From positions 1 through 58,932 of the forward strand of contig CAZDCI010000002.1 of NCBI GenBank assembly GCA_964503975.1: a DNA stretch of 58,932 bases, written 5' to 3'. Source of the DNA: Candidatus Woesearchaeota archaeon. GTDB lineage: Archaea > Nanobdellota > Nanobdellia > Pacearchaeales > GW2011-AR1. The notes beneath the pieces were generated by a model. That model had not been told where the DNA came from, searched no databases, and worked only from the letters and a program-made list of their open reading frames with translations. The position numbers were made by a program, and so were the translations under genes. Positions 45,001 to 53,538 of this stretch are shown in pieces; the stretch's first letter is position 1; each line of letters begins with the position of its first letter.

Positions 45001-46845
45001 TTACAAAATTATTTCAAAATCTCCGAGTTCTTTTTCAATCAACTCAAAGACGCGAGGGTTTACTTGCACCTCTCCTGTTTTTCCTGAAGTTTTTTGAGCT
45101 TCAACATGTTTTGAAACCTCGTTCATATCCGAGTCTTCAACCTTGTTTGTGATTTTTTTCACTTTATTCTCTGCAAACAAAAAGCTTGCATCATTGGTAT
45201 GCAAAACTTCAGCAATTTCAGATTTCCCTTTATCTTTGTGTTTTATTCTCATTCGCGATTTTTCAAGCTTCATTAACTCGGCTCTTTGTGAATACTCCAT
45301 AAGCTCGCTAATTAAAATACTGGCATTTTTACGTACCTTATCAACTTCATGACTTTTAAGTTTTTCTTGCTTGAAATCTTTCTCGGCTTTAACAACATCT
45401 TTAAGAATTCTTGAGTGATGCTGAGTGAATTTGCCTTCTTTTACAAGATTCTCAAACTCTTTAACAAGAGTGCTTTGAGTCTTTTTTCTTATAATGGCTT
45501 CAAGGAGTTTGAAAATATCTTCGTAAAGCTGCTCAATAGTTTTTTCGTGAGCTTTTTTCTCTATCTCTTCCCTGAGTTTTTCAAGACGTTTAAGATAAGC
45601 ATCAGAATCTTTTGTAAGTTTGTCTATTTCAGAGCCTTTGACAGTAATTTTAGGATTGTGCTCATAATCTCTAAACATTTTAACAAGTTTTTTTAAAACC
45701 ATAACTTCGGACTTTTTCAGCATTTTTTCTTTATCAACGAATATCTTTTCCATAAGTTTAGGAGTTTCTTTGTGTGTTGGTGGTGGGGAGCCATAAAGCA
45801 TAATTAAAGCCTGAGATGGATTTAAAACCTTGTAATAAAGATCAACCATTGCATCCAATAAACGACGTTCAACCATTTTCCCGGTTTTTTCTGCGGTACG
45901 CATGAACATATCTATAGCTTCAGGAGAAGGCTTCAAACGTCCCATTTTAAGCAAAGCTTTCCACGGCAAAAACGTACCTTTATCGTGCAAAGGCACACCG
46001 TCTCTTATAAAAGTAAACATCACAGGGTGTGCATCTTTTACAGATTCCCAAAAATCAGTCAAAAGGTAAATCTGAACATTAAGTATGTTTTTCTTTATCC
46101 CTGCAAGAGCTGAAGCTTCCGAGATATACTGATAAATCATACCCCTCAGCCTTTCTTTCAATTCCAGGCGCGGCATCCTTTTAACATCAGTATCATTAAT
46201 AATAACAAAAGAATCTACATCTGAAGTTTTTGTAACGTTTCCTCTCACAAGACTCCCTCCAACAACATAAGAAACAACATACTTGTCAAACTTTTGCAGC
46301 ACGAGATTTTTGTGAATCTCTGCAACTCTTAACGCAGAAAGAATTCCGGTATCATGTAAAGGATAAGACAAACCAATAAAATTCACGAGGTCAAACTTGC
46401 TGTCCATGCACGCTTCCCAAATGTCTACAGGAGTTTTGAGATAAATCCAGACATCCTGGTCCGACTTATCTGCAATTTCAACCATCTCTTTCTTTACCTT
46501 AGGAATCTCCTTGAATTTTTCTTCAGGGATAATCAGATAAAGATGGACTTTTTTCTGGAGTTTCTCCAGCTCTTCTTCAGGAACATTTTCTCCTATTTCA
46601 TCTTCAACAAAACTTTTTATTGCTTGCTGGGGCAAGATACCTATTGCCTTAACAAAACCATATTTTTTGACTATCTCTCCTTTAAGCTTGTCCAGTTCTT
46701 TGCGTGTCTCATCAAGCTTCTTTTGCATTTCGGAAGTATCTGGCATGACTGCTTTTTTGGGAGAGTAATTATTGTCAAGATTCATTCCGGGAATTTCTCC
46801 GGAATCTTTTTGACTGGTTTTCTTTCTTGCATTATGTTTAGCCAT
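45001..46845 (-). CDS. Large nucleotidyltransferase-domain protein
   Basis: VVGGSLVRGNVTKTSDVDSFVII is the NTase motif. The central region is paralogous to the 38440-39360 product. Confidence 0.7.
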   Translation of the reverse strand: MAKHNARKKTSQKDSGEIPGMNLDNNYSPKKAVMPDTSEMQKKLDETRKELDKLKGEIVKKYGFVKAIGILPQQAIKSFVEDEIGENVPEEELEKLQKKVHLYLIIPEEKFKEIPKVKKEMVEIADKSDQDVWIYLKTPVDIWEACMDSKFDLVNFIGLSYPLHDTGILSALRVAEIHKNLVLQKFDKYVVSYVVGGSLVRGNVTKTSDVDSFVIINDTDVKRMPRLELKERLRGMIYQYISEASALAGIKKNILNVQIYLLTDFWESVKDAHPVMFTFIRDGVPLHDKGTFLPWKALLKMGRLKPSPEAIDMFMRTAEKTGKMVERRLLDAMVDLYYKVLNPSQALIMLYGSPPPTHKETPKLMEKIFVDKEKMLKKSEVMVLKKLVKMFRDYEHNPKITVKGSEIDKLTKDSDAYLKRLEKLREEIEKKAHEKTIEQLYEDIFKLLEAIIRKKTQSTLVKEFENLVKEGKFTQHHSRILKDVVKAEKDFKQEKLKSHEVDKVRKNASILISELMEYSQRAELMKLEKSRMRIKHKDKGKSEIAEVLHTNDASFLFAENKVKKITNKVEDSDMNEVSKHVEAQKTSGKTGEVQVNPRVFELIEKELGDFEIIL

Positions 46846-46876
46846 AAAAAGAATTAAGATTAAAGGCTTATAAAAC

Positions 46877-46899
46877 TTTTGAAAGAAAAACTTAAAAGC
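46877..46899 (+). promoter_or_regulatory. 23-bp direct repeat copy 1, TTTTGAAAGAAAAACTTAAAAGC (BRE/TATA-like), 20 nt upstream of the LD-carboxypeptidase start
   Basis: Identical to 47949-47971. Contains the AAAAACTTAAAA promoter consensus seen upstream of other genes in the window. Confidence 0.6.
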
Positions 46900-46919
46900 A
46901 GTAGGATCCTGGATCTCTT

Positions 46920-47933
46920 ATGAGTAAAAAATACCCTGGACTATTAAAGAAAGGTGATACTATTGCCTTAATTGCTCCTTCTGCTGGATTATCTGCAATT
47001 TTTCCACACAGATTGGAAAATGCAATAGAGTTCTTAAAGTCCCAAGGATATAAAATAAAAGAATTTCCTTGTTCTAGAACAATAAACGGATGGGAGTCCG
47101 CTCCTGCGGAAGACAGAGCAAAAGATATCATGAGTGCTTTTCTGGATAAAGAGGTTAAAGCAATAATCTCTCAAATAGGGGGAAACACAATAAACAAAAC
47201 CTTAAAATACCTCAATTTTGAAAAAATTAATGAAAATCCAAAAATATTCTGTGGATATTCTGACATTAGTGTATTGCATTATGCAATAAATAGAAAATGT
47301 GATTTTTCAACATTTTACGGTCCTTGTGCTTTAACCCAATTAGGAGAATTCCCAAAACCGCTCGATTACACGATTAAATATTTTAATAAGGCTTTAGTGG
47401 ACGGAAAAATAGGGGAAGTTGAAGCTTCCAAAGAGTGGACTGACGAGATTCTTGATTGGGGTCAAAAGAAGGATCTTGAGAGAGCTAGAAAAATGAAAGA
47501 AAACACAGGATTTGAATGGTTAAGAGAAGGACAATCAAAAGGAGAGATAATAGGAGGATGTTTACATTCCATAACCCATTTGATAGGAACTGAATACTGG
47601 CCAAATCACGAGGGTAAAATATTATTCCTTGAAACTCCAGAAGGAGAAGATTTCTCGAGAGGAGAATCCTTAGCAAAGATTGATGCCCAACTAGCCGACC
47701 TAGAGATCGCAGGCATATTCAAAAAGATAAAAGGTCTGATCGTTGGCAGGCCCTTTAGATGTTCTGAAGAAGAAATAAACAAATTCAAAGAGATAGTCAT
47801 AAAAAACACAAAAGAATACGATTTCCCTATTCTTTATGGGGCGGACATAGGTCATACAGACCCTCAAATAACAGTCCCCCTTGATTCAGTCGCAGAAATA
47901 GATAGTAAAAAAAATCAATTCTTAATCCATTGA
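46920..47933 (+). CDS. LD-carboxypeptidase / MccF-like serine peptidase (S66)
   Basis: GDTIALIAPS, the nucleophile motif GYSDISVLH and IGHTDPQITVP. Confidence 0.8.
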   Translation: MSKKYPGLLKKGDTIALIAPSAGLSAIFPHRLENAIEFLKSQGYKIKEFPCSRTINGWESAPAEDRAKDIMSAFLDKEVKAIISQIGGNTINKTLKYLNFEKINENPKIFCGYSDISVLHYAINRKCDFSTFYGPCALTQLGEFPKPLDYTIKYFNKALVDGKIGEVEASKEWTDEILDWGQKKDLERARKMKENTGFEWLREGQSKGEIIGGCLHSITHLIGTEYWPNHEGKILFLETPEGEDFSRGESLAKIDAQLADLEIAGIFKKIKGLIVGRPFRCSEEEINKFKEIVIKNTKEYDFPILYGADIGHTDPQITVPLDSVAEIDSKKNQFLIH

Positions 47934-47948
47934 TTCTCTAACCTTTAA

Positions 47949-47971
47949 TTTTGAAAGAAAAACTTAAAAGC
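47949..47971 (+). promoter_or_regulatory. 23-bp direct repeat copy 2; probable tRNA-Val promoter
   Basis: Ends 26 nt upstream of tRNA-Val position 1. Confidence 0.6.
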
Positions 47972-47997
47972 TCTTCTTCTCTTATTTCTTTAATCGC

Positions 47998-48070
47998 GGT
48001 CCCATAGTCCAACGGCTTAAGACGTCTCGTTTACACCGAGCAGACCCAGGTTCGACTCCTGGTGGGACCA
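47998..48070 (+). tRNA. tRNA-Val (anticodon TAC)
   Basis: Manual cloverleaf: acceptor GGTCCCA/TGGGACC, anticodon loop TTTACAC, T arm CCAGG-TTCGACT-CCTGG, discriminator A. Confidence 0.85.
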
Positions 48071-48080
48071 TATTCTAAAA

Positions 48081-48557
48081 ATGAAACTTAAAATAAACTG
48101 GAAGATACTAATAGTTTCTTTAGTCGTAGTTTATCTTGTCGCTTTTGCAGGAAGTCTTTTTACTTCTCCTGTAACAGCTTCTGAATGGTATGAATCAATC
48201 AAACCAGAAATCACGCCACCAAATTATGTTTTCCCTGTTGTTTGGAATATCTTATTTTTCCTGATTGCTATTTCACTTTACCTTTCATGGACAAATTCCA
48301 AGAAAAAAATAGAAAGAAAAGAAATTGGGAGTGTTTTCGGAATAAACCTCTTCCTTAACGTTTTATGGAGCGTCCTCTTTTTTGGTTTGCAACAGCCTGT
48401 AATCGCATTTTTTGAACTCTTGCTGTTATGGCTCTCAATAATTGCAATGATTTACGCAACACACAAAATAAACAAAACATCGTCGTGGCTTCTTGTGCCT
48501 TACTTTTTATGGGTTAGTTTTGCCGGTGTGTTAAACTATTTGGTTGCGTTTAGTTAA
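48081..48557 (+). CDS. tspO: TspO/MBR-family tryptophan-rich sensory protein
   Basis: Five TM helices with the WYxxLxKPxxxPPxxVFxxVW and NxxWSxxFF patterns. Confidence 0.85.
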   Translation: MKLKINWKILIVSLVVVYLVAFAGSLFTSPVTASEWYESIKPEITPPNYVFPVVWNILFFLIAISLYLSWTNSKKKIERKEIGSVFGINLFLNVLWSVLFFGLQQPVIAFFELLLLWLSIIAMIYATHKINKTSSWLLVPYFLWVSFAGVLNYLVAFS

Positions 48558-48772
48558 ATTTAAAAATGACTTCCTCTAAAAAAATGAATGGAAACTATTA
48601 GGACGTTAAAGGGGGATATTGATATTACGGGAAGTTACTTGGAATTAGATGAAAAAAATTAAAAAAGTATTCTGAAAGATTAAGAACCCGAAGGGGACGT
48701 TTAACGAACAAATTATTCAGAAATGAAATAATTGAAAACACTTTACAAAGCAGTTTTGAAATTGCCTATCGA

Positions 48773-49120
48773 GTGATTAATCTGCTAGGATTTCCCCACC
48801 CGATTAATTTAAGAATTTTGGCTGCACACGGAGATTCTTCTAAAGAATATGGTAAAGATATTTACATTTATGAAGAAAGCTCTGAAATCGGAGAAAGTGT
48901 GCAGGAATGGATTGATAATTACGATGGAGATTACGACGGGCTATTTATTTTTTCATGTAATCCTGCAGGAGTTGAAGTAAATTCTTCAAAATCTTTTGTT
49001 ATTTATCCTTCAACAATCCACCAGGTACTTTTATCTATGAATTGTATTTTAGAAGAAGATATGGGGGGATTAGAGAGTCTCTTTAAAGCCAGCGATCCGC
49101 AAAACCTTCAGTCAATGTAA
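48773..49120 (+). CDS. Hypothetical protein
   Basis: 115-aa ORF with a GTG start. The frame is open for about 30 codons upstream without an ATG. Confidence 0.4.
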   Translation: MINLLGFPHPINLRILAAHGDSSKEYGKDIYIYEESSEIGESVQEWIDNYDGDYDGLFIFSCNPAGVEVNSSKSFVIYPSTIHQVLLSMNCILEEDMGGLESLFKASDPQNLQSM

Positions 49121-49154
49121 AACTATAAAAAACACGGTTTTTTAATTCCTATAT

Positions 49155-49347
49155 GCGTGTGTAGTTTAGTGGTAGAATATCTCGTTGCCAATATGGGGCA
49201 CCAAGGTTCCCCTTATAGTAACCCCCCCTTTGGAGAAGTTGAGGAACTGACAATCAAGGTTCTTTTACTAACTCCTTTTCAGGAGAAATGGTAAAAAGGG
49301 TGAAAAGTAAAAACGAGGTGGCCCGGGTTCGAGTCCCGGCACGCGCA
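49155..49347 (+). tRNA. tRNA-Gly (anticodon GCC) with ~122-nt intron at the canonical 37/38 site (about 49191-49312)
   Basis: Acceptor GCGTGTG/CACGCGC, anticodon stem TCTCG/CGAGG, anticodon GCC at 49187-49189, T arm CCGGG-TTCGAGT-CCCGG. Confidence 0.8.
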
Positions 49348-49444
49348 TCCACTTTCTACTTACAAGATTTTGATATTTAGTCTGTGTGGGCACGAATTTA
49401 TATATTTAGAATTTTGTGCCCACATGAATTTTAAACAACAATAC

Positions 49445-49822
49445 TTATTCTCCTAAAATTTCAGGAATAAATTTCCCTTTAGACATTATTGTTTTTCCAT
49501 CAACATAAACATCACAATCTCTCATAACCATATCACAATGAACATCGCTTTTCCATTCAGCTCCCGTGTCTTCTCCCAAAGGATCTCCGACTGCTATATG
49601 CACGCCGGGGAATTTTTCATCATGCAACATATTTCCAAGTAAACCTGTCAAACCAATATTAGTTCCTATTGCAGCCTCTCCAAACCGATTTGCGTTTTTA
49701 TCCGTATGGATATATTTCCAAAATTCATCCATAAGTTCTCTATTACTAGATTGAGCAGATACAATTCTTCCGTTTTCTGCTTTTATTATTAAAGGCGTTT
49801 CCTCAAGCAAGCCATACTCCAT
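49445..49822 (-). pseudogene. C-terminal fragment of an M29 (AmpS/PepS-type) aminopeptidase
   Basis: FGEAAIGTNIG ... HIAVGDP ... DVHCDMV matches the last third of M29 enzymes. No N-terminal two-thirds is found upstream in any frame. Confidence 0.55.
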
Positions 49823-50053
49823 AACTCGTGAACTAAAACAACTTTTTTAAAGATTATTAGGGTTTAAGGATTAATCCCGGATAGCACAATGATACTACAC
49901 TTGGTTCGAGCTCAAGGTCCTTTCGGACGTCCAAGTTCGATTTCTGGTCTAGGCGTTCTTCCGAAGTATGAATATGTATTCAAAACAAAAGATTTATAAA
50001 GTATTATGCATATGTATTCATAACTAAACAACGTAAAACAACAGAAATTTAAA

Positions 50054-50215
50054 ATGCCTAACAGAGACGGAATAGGTCCTGACGGAGAGGGTCCAAGAAC
50101 AGGAAGACAAATGGGAAACTGTGAAGATGCAAAACCTAATGAAGATGCATCCGACAGACCTCTAAGAAGAAGAGGCTTCGGCAGAAGACCAAGAAGATTC
50201 CGAAACAGAAAATAA
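50054..50215 (+). CDS. DUF5320-family small protein (53 aa)
   Basis: MPNRDGIGPDGEGPRTGRQMGNC... has the family pattern MPxxDGTGPxGxGPxTGR. Below the ORF-track cutoff. Sits immediately upstream of the DUF134 gene, the usual pairing. Confidence 0.65.
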   Translation: MPNRDGIGPDGEGPRTGRQMGNCEDAKPNEDASDRPLRRRGFGRRPRRFRNRK

Positions 50216-50220
50216 ACAAA

Positions 50221-50499
50221 ATGCCCCGCCCAAGAAAAAGAAGAAGAGTAAGAGGCCGGCCTAACTCTTCTTATTTCAAACCTGCAGGAATAAGAATACA
50301 TGAGCTAGATGAAATTGCCCTTTCTTTGGAAGAGTTTGAAGCAATAAGATTGATTGATTTAAACAAAGTTTCGCAAGAAGAAGCGGGGGAAAAGATGAGA
50401 GTTTCTCAGTCAACACTTTCAAGGATTCTAAATTCAGCACGTCAGAAACTAGCTGACGCCGTTGTTAAAGGAAAAGCTATAAGAATAAATAAAGAATAA
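50221..50499 (+). CDS. DUF134/UPF0251-family HTH protein
   Basis: MPRPRKRRRV ... FKPAG ... LSLEEFEAIRLIDL ... SQEEAGEKMRVSQSTLSRIL. Confidence 0.8.
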   Translation: MPRPRKRRRVRGRPNSSYFKPAGIRIHELDEIALSLEEFEAIRLIDLNKVSQEEAGEKMRVSQSTLSRILNSARQKLADAVVKGKAIRINKE

Positions 50500-50531
50500 A
50501 AATATAAAACATAATTCTTTCTTTTTTCCAA

Positions 50532-50668
50532 GCCCGGATGGCAGAGCGGTCTAATGCAACGGTCTCGAATGAGGGACACCTCTAGGTTTCCCTTACACTA
50601 ACCCTTCCTTTAGGGGAAGAGAACACCGTGCCCTTCGGGGCTCTCTGGTTCGAATCCAGATCCGGGCG
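50532..50668 (+). tRNA. tRNA-Ser (anticodon CGA) with ~54-nt intron at 37/38 (about 50570-50623) and a long variable arm
   Basis: Acceptor GCCCGGA/TCCGGGC, anticodon stem ACGGT/ACCGT, variable arm GCCCTTCGGGGC, T arm TCTGG-TTCGAAT-CCAGA, discriminator G. Confidence 0.8.
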
Positions 50669-50731
50669 TTTTATCAGAGTAGTTTCCGGGCGTTCCACAA
50701 ATTTTAATAATGAAAATATGTTGAAACAAGT

Positions 50732-51904
50732 ATGAAAAAGGGGCAAAAAAAGAACCATTTAAAAAACCACAAAAGATTTCATGAAAACCCGAAAAACGTA
50801 AAACTCCTTGGAGGTTCAAGTTTTTTCAATGACATTGGAAGCGATATGATTTCTCCTATTTTACCTTTTTATATTGTTGCTCTTGGCGGAGGGGGAATTG
50901 CGATAGGGCTCATTTCTGGATTGCGTGAAGGCCTTTCAAGCATTTTAAAAATTCTTGGAGGGTGGGTTTCCGACCGAACTGGAAAAAGAAAAAAATTTGT
51001 TTTTATGGGTTATCTCATCTCGGTGATATTCAGATTTATGATTCTTATTGCGGCGACATGGCAACAAGTTGTGGCTTTTGTTTCGATAGAAAGGTTTGGC
51101 AAGGCACGTGATGCCCCAAGAGATGCAATAATCTCAGATTCTACGAAAAAAAGAGGACATGGTTTCGGCTTACAGCAAATGATGGACACTTCCGGAGCAG
51201 TTTTAGGAACCCTCATTGTGCTGTTTTTGTTTTGGAAATTCCAACCTGATTTCAAAAGCATAATCCTCTTAGCATCATTGATTGGAACGCTTTCGCTCGT
51301 CCCAGTTTTGTTTGTTAAAGAACCAAAATTCAAAAAATCTAAAAAGAATTTGCTTAAAGGCGTGGGTTCATTGGATAAAAATTTAAAATATTTTATTTTT
51401 GTCGCATCTGTCTTCACGATTGCAAACTTCGGTTTGTATATGTTTTTGCTTCTAAGAGCAGAAGAGCTCTCAGGAAACTTTATTGTGCCTTTGGCAATGT
51501 ATGCCTTGTTTAGTTTGTTTTATGCAGGTTTCTCTATTCCCTTTGGAAACCTTTCTGACAAGATTGGCAGAAAAAAAGTTTTATTCTCTGGATTTTTGCT
51601 TTTCTTTTTCATGACCTTAGGATTCATTTACGTGACTAACTTATTTGTTTTTGGTGGACTTTTTGCTCTTTACGGTATGGTGTATGCAATAACCAAGCCG
51701 AACATGGTTGCATTTGTTTCTGACTTAGCAAGCGAAATGAAAGGAACGGCTTTTGGTTTTTACTACTTCTTGACAGGATTGATAACAATTCCTGCCGGAG
51801 TAATTGCAGGAGTTATATGGAACATCAGTTACAGCGCAATGTTTGTTTACTTAGCAACAATCTCGCTCATTGCTATTATTCTTTTGACTTTTGTGAAAGA
51901 GTGA
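50732..51904 (+). CDS. MFS transporter
   Basis: About 12 TM segments, with the loop 2-3 motif GWVSDRTGKRKKF. Confidence 0.85.
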   Translation: MKKGQKKNHLKNHKRFHENPKNVKLLGGSSFFNDIGSDMISPILPFYIVALGGGGIAIGLISGLREGLSSILKILGGWVSDRTGKRKKFVFMGYLISVIFRFMILIAATWQQVVAFVSIERFGKARDAPRDAIISDSTKKRGHGFGLQQMMDTSGAVLGTLIVLFLFWKFQPDFKSIILLASLIGTLSLVPVLFVKEPKFKKSKKNLLKGVGSLDKNLKYFIFVASVFTIANFGLYMFLLLRAEELSGNFIVPLAMYALFSLFYAGFSIPFGNLSDKIGRKKVLFSGFLLFFFMTLGFIYVTNLFVFGGLFALYGMVYAITKPNMVAFVSDLASEMKGTAFGFYYFLTGLITIPAGVIAGVIWNISYSAMFVYLATISLIAIILLTFVKE

Positions 51905-52055
51905 TTTTTAAAAACCGAGAACCAAAACCCTTATAAACTAATAATTCCATAATAAATATGTCTAACTTCGGTTGGACACTGTCTCGCTTTATGTGAGACG
52001 CTTTGAAGAAAGCGAACCTCGGTTTGTTTTCTTCTCCTATTTATAATAAATTAAA

Positions 52056-52664
52056 ATGACACACGTATTGCCTGAGCTTCCGTATGATTTTGATTCTTTA
52101 GAACCTTACATAGATGCTAAAACAATGGAAATTCATCATGACAGGCATCATGCAGGTTATGTTAAAAAGTTAAACGCTGCTTTGGAAGATACAGGCTTGG
52201 AGGACAAGCCTGTTGAAGAGCTTTTAAACGATTTAAGCGCTTTGCCTGAAGACAAAAAACAAGCAATTATTAATAACGGCGGAGGACACCTAAACCATAG
52301 TTTTTTCTGGCCTTTGCTAAAAAAAGAAATTTCACCTCAAGGAGAAGTTGTTGAAGCGATTAAAGAAAAATTCAACTCACTAGATGAATTTAAAGAAGCT
52401 TTTGCCGAAGCAGCAACGGGACAATTTGGCTCAGGATGGGCGTGGCTTGTCGTTAATGAAAATGGTGAGCTTGAAATCATTTCCACTACAAACCAAGACT
52501 CTCCTATTAGTGAAGGTAAAAAACCCGTCTTAGGTTTGGATGTTTGGGAACACGCATACTATGTTAAGTATTTCTGGAACAGACCTAAGTATATAGATGC
52601 CTTCTTTAATATAATCAATTGGGAGCAAGTTGAAAAAAATTATCAAGAAGCTAAGGCAGAATAA
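52056..52664 (+). CDS. sod: Fe/Mn superoxide dismutase
   Basis: LPELPY, EIHHDRHH, GGGHLNHSFFW and DVWEHAYY provide the metal ligands and family signatures. Confidence 0.95.
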   Translation: MTHVLPELPYDFDSLEPYIDAKTMEIHHDRHHAGYVKKLNAALEDTGLEDKPVEELLNDLSALPEDKKQAIINNGGGHLNHSFFWPLLKKEISPQGEVVEAIKEKFNSLDEFKEAFAEAATGQFGSGWAWLVVNENGELEIISTTNQDSPISEGKKPVLGLDVWEHAYYVKYFWNRPKYIDAFFNIINWEQVEKNYQEAKAE

Positions 52665-53474
52665 TCATTTTCCATTATTAAGCCAATTTTCTACATAAGA
52701 AACTTTTTCTGGCTTTAATTTTATAGTATGAAACTTATCAAAAAATCTTTGGATATATTCTTTCCTATAAATTCTAAGATGGTAGGAGGTTTTATTTCCA
52801 TTCCAATGGAGTTTAGGTTTCTGAATTGAATACCTCGCTTCAATGTTAAAATGTCTCTTGAATAATTTTCTAATTACCTCTAAAATAGAGTAGTCTGTGT
52901 TACATATATCTAAACATATTTTTGGAGTTTTTCTTACTTTTTCTTTTATTATTTTAACACATCCTTCAGCATCAAAATATCCTTCAATAAATTGTAGGGC
53001 TTTCTCATGATTTTTCGTTTTAAATAAATTCTTCAGAGATTCTAAATCTTTTCTGGTATTTCTTAATAAAAGATACAATTCAATATTCCATGTTCTAAGA
53101 TGCCATACGTTTTTACTTTTTTCAGGATATCCCTTAATCCTTCTTTTCATACATACTAAAAGTTTATCTGAATATTTATCAATAAATTCTTTTTCTCCAC
53201 TTACAATTACCATGTATTTATTCTGTTTTTTCCAATGGTAGGCACAACCATCTCCTAACAAAGCACCCAAAACATAAAACAATTCCTTATTATATTCTAA
53301 TTTTCTTTTTCCAAAAGGAGAATTACCGTACTTATACCATCCATACATAGTATGATAGGGTAAACCAAACTTATCTTGAACTCTCTTTAATAATTCTGTT
53401 TGAGGCACATTATTTCTCTTCAATTTTAACATAAAATTATATGCATTCACCCTTGTTTCTACAGCAGAAATCAT
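52665..53474 (-). mobile_element. Free-standing double-motif LAGLIDADG homing-endonuclease gene
   Basis: Motifs LGALLGDGCAY and IEGYFDAEGCV. Its stop codon abuts the sod stop. It sits between the functional sod tail and a sod-tail remnant. Confidence 0.8.
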
Positions 53475-53538
53475 CTTACAATAATTTACACAAACTTCTA
53501 TAAATACATTTATAACGACGATATAATGGCAAACATAA

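Noticed and set aside
49191-49312. C/D-box small RNA embedded in the tRNA-Gly intron
   Set aside because: A CTGA word is present, but I could not find a convincing RUGAUGA C box with terminal pairing. The AATGAGGG in the tRNA-Ser intron is only a partial match.
49912-50301. 129-aa minus-strand ORF
   Set aside because: It overlaps the DUF5320 and DUF134 genes on the other strand. Its translation is low-complexity and Ser/Leu/Pro-rich. It is most likely a shadow ORF.
52665-52700. Extension of the sod-tail duplication into the downstream gene ends (GAAAATTGGC versus GAAAATTGCC at the C-termini of the LAGLIDADG and trmB-like genes)
   Set aside because: Only about a 10-nt similarity with an indel was found, which is not distinguishable from chance.
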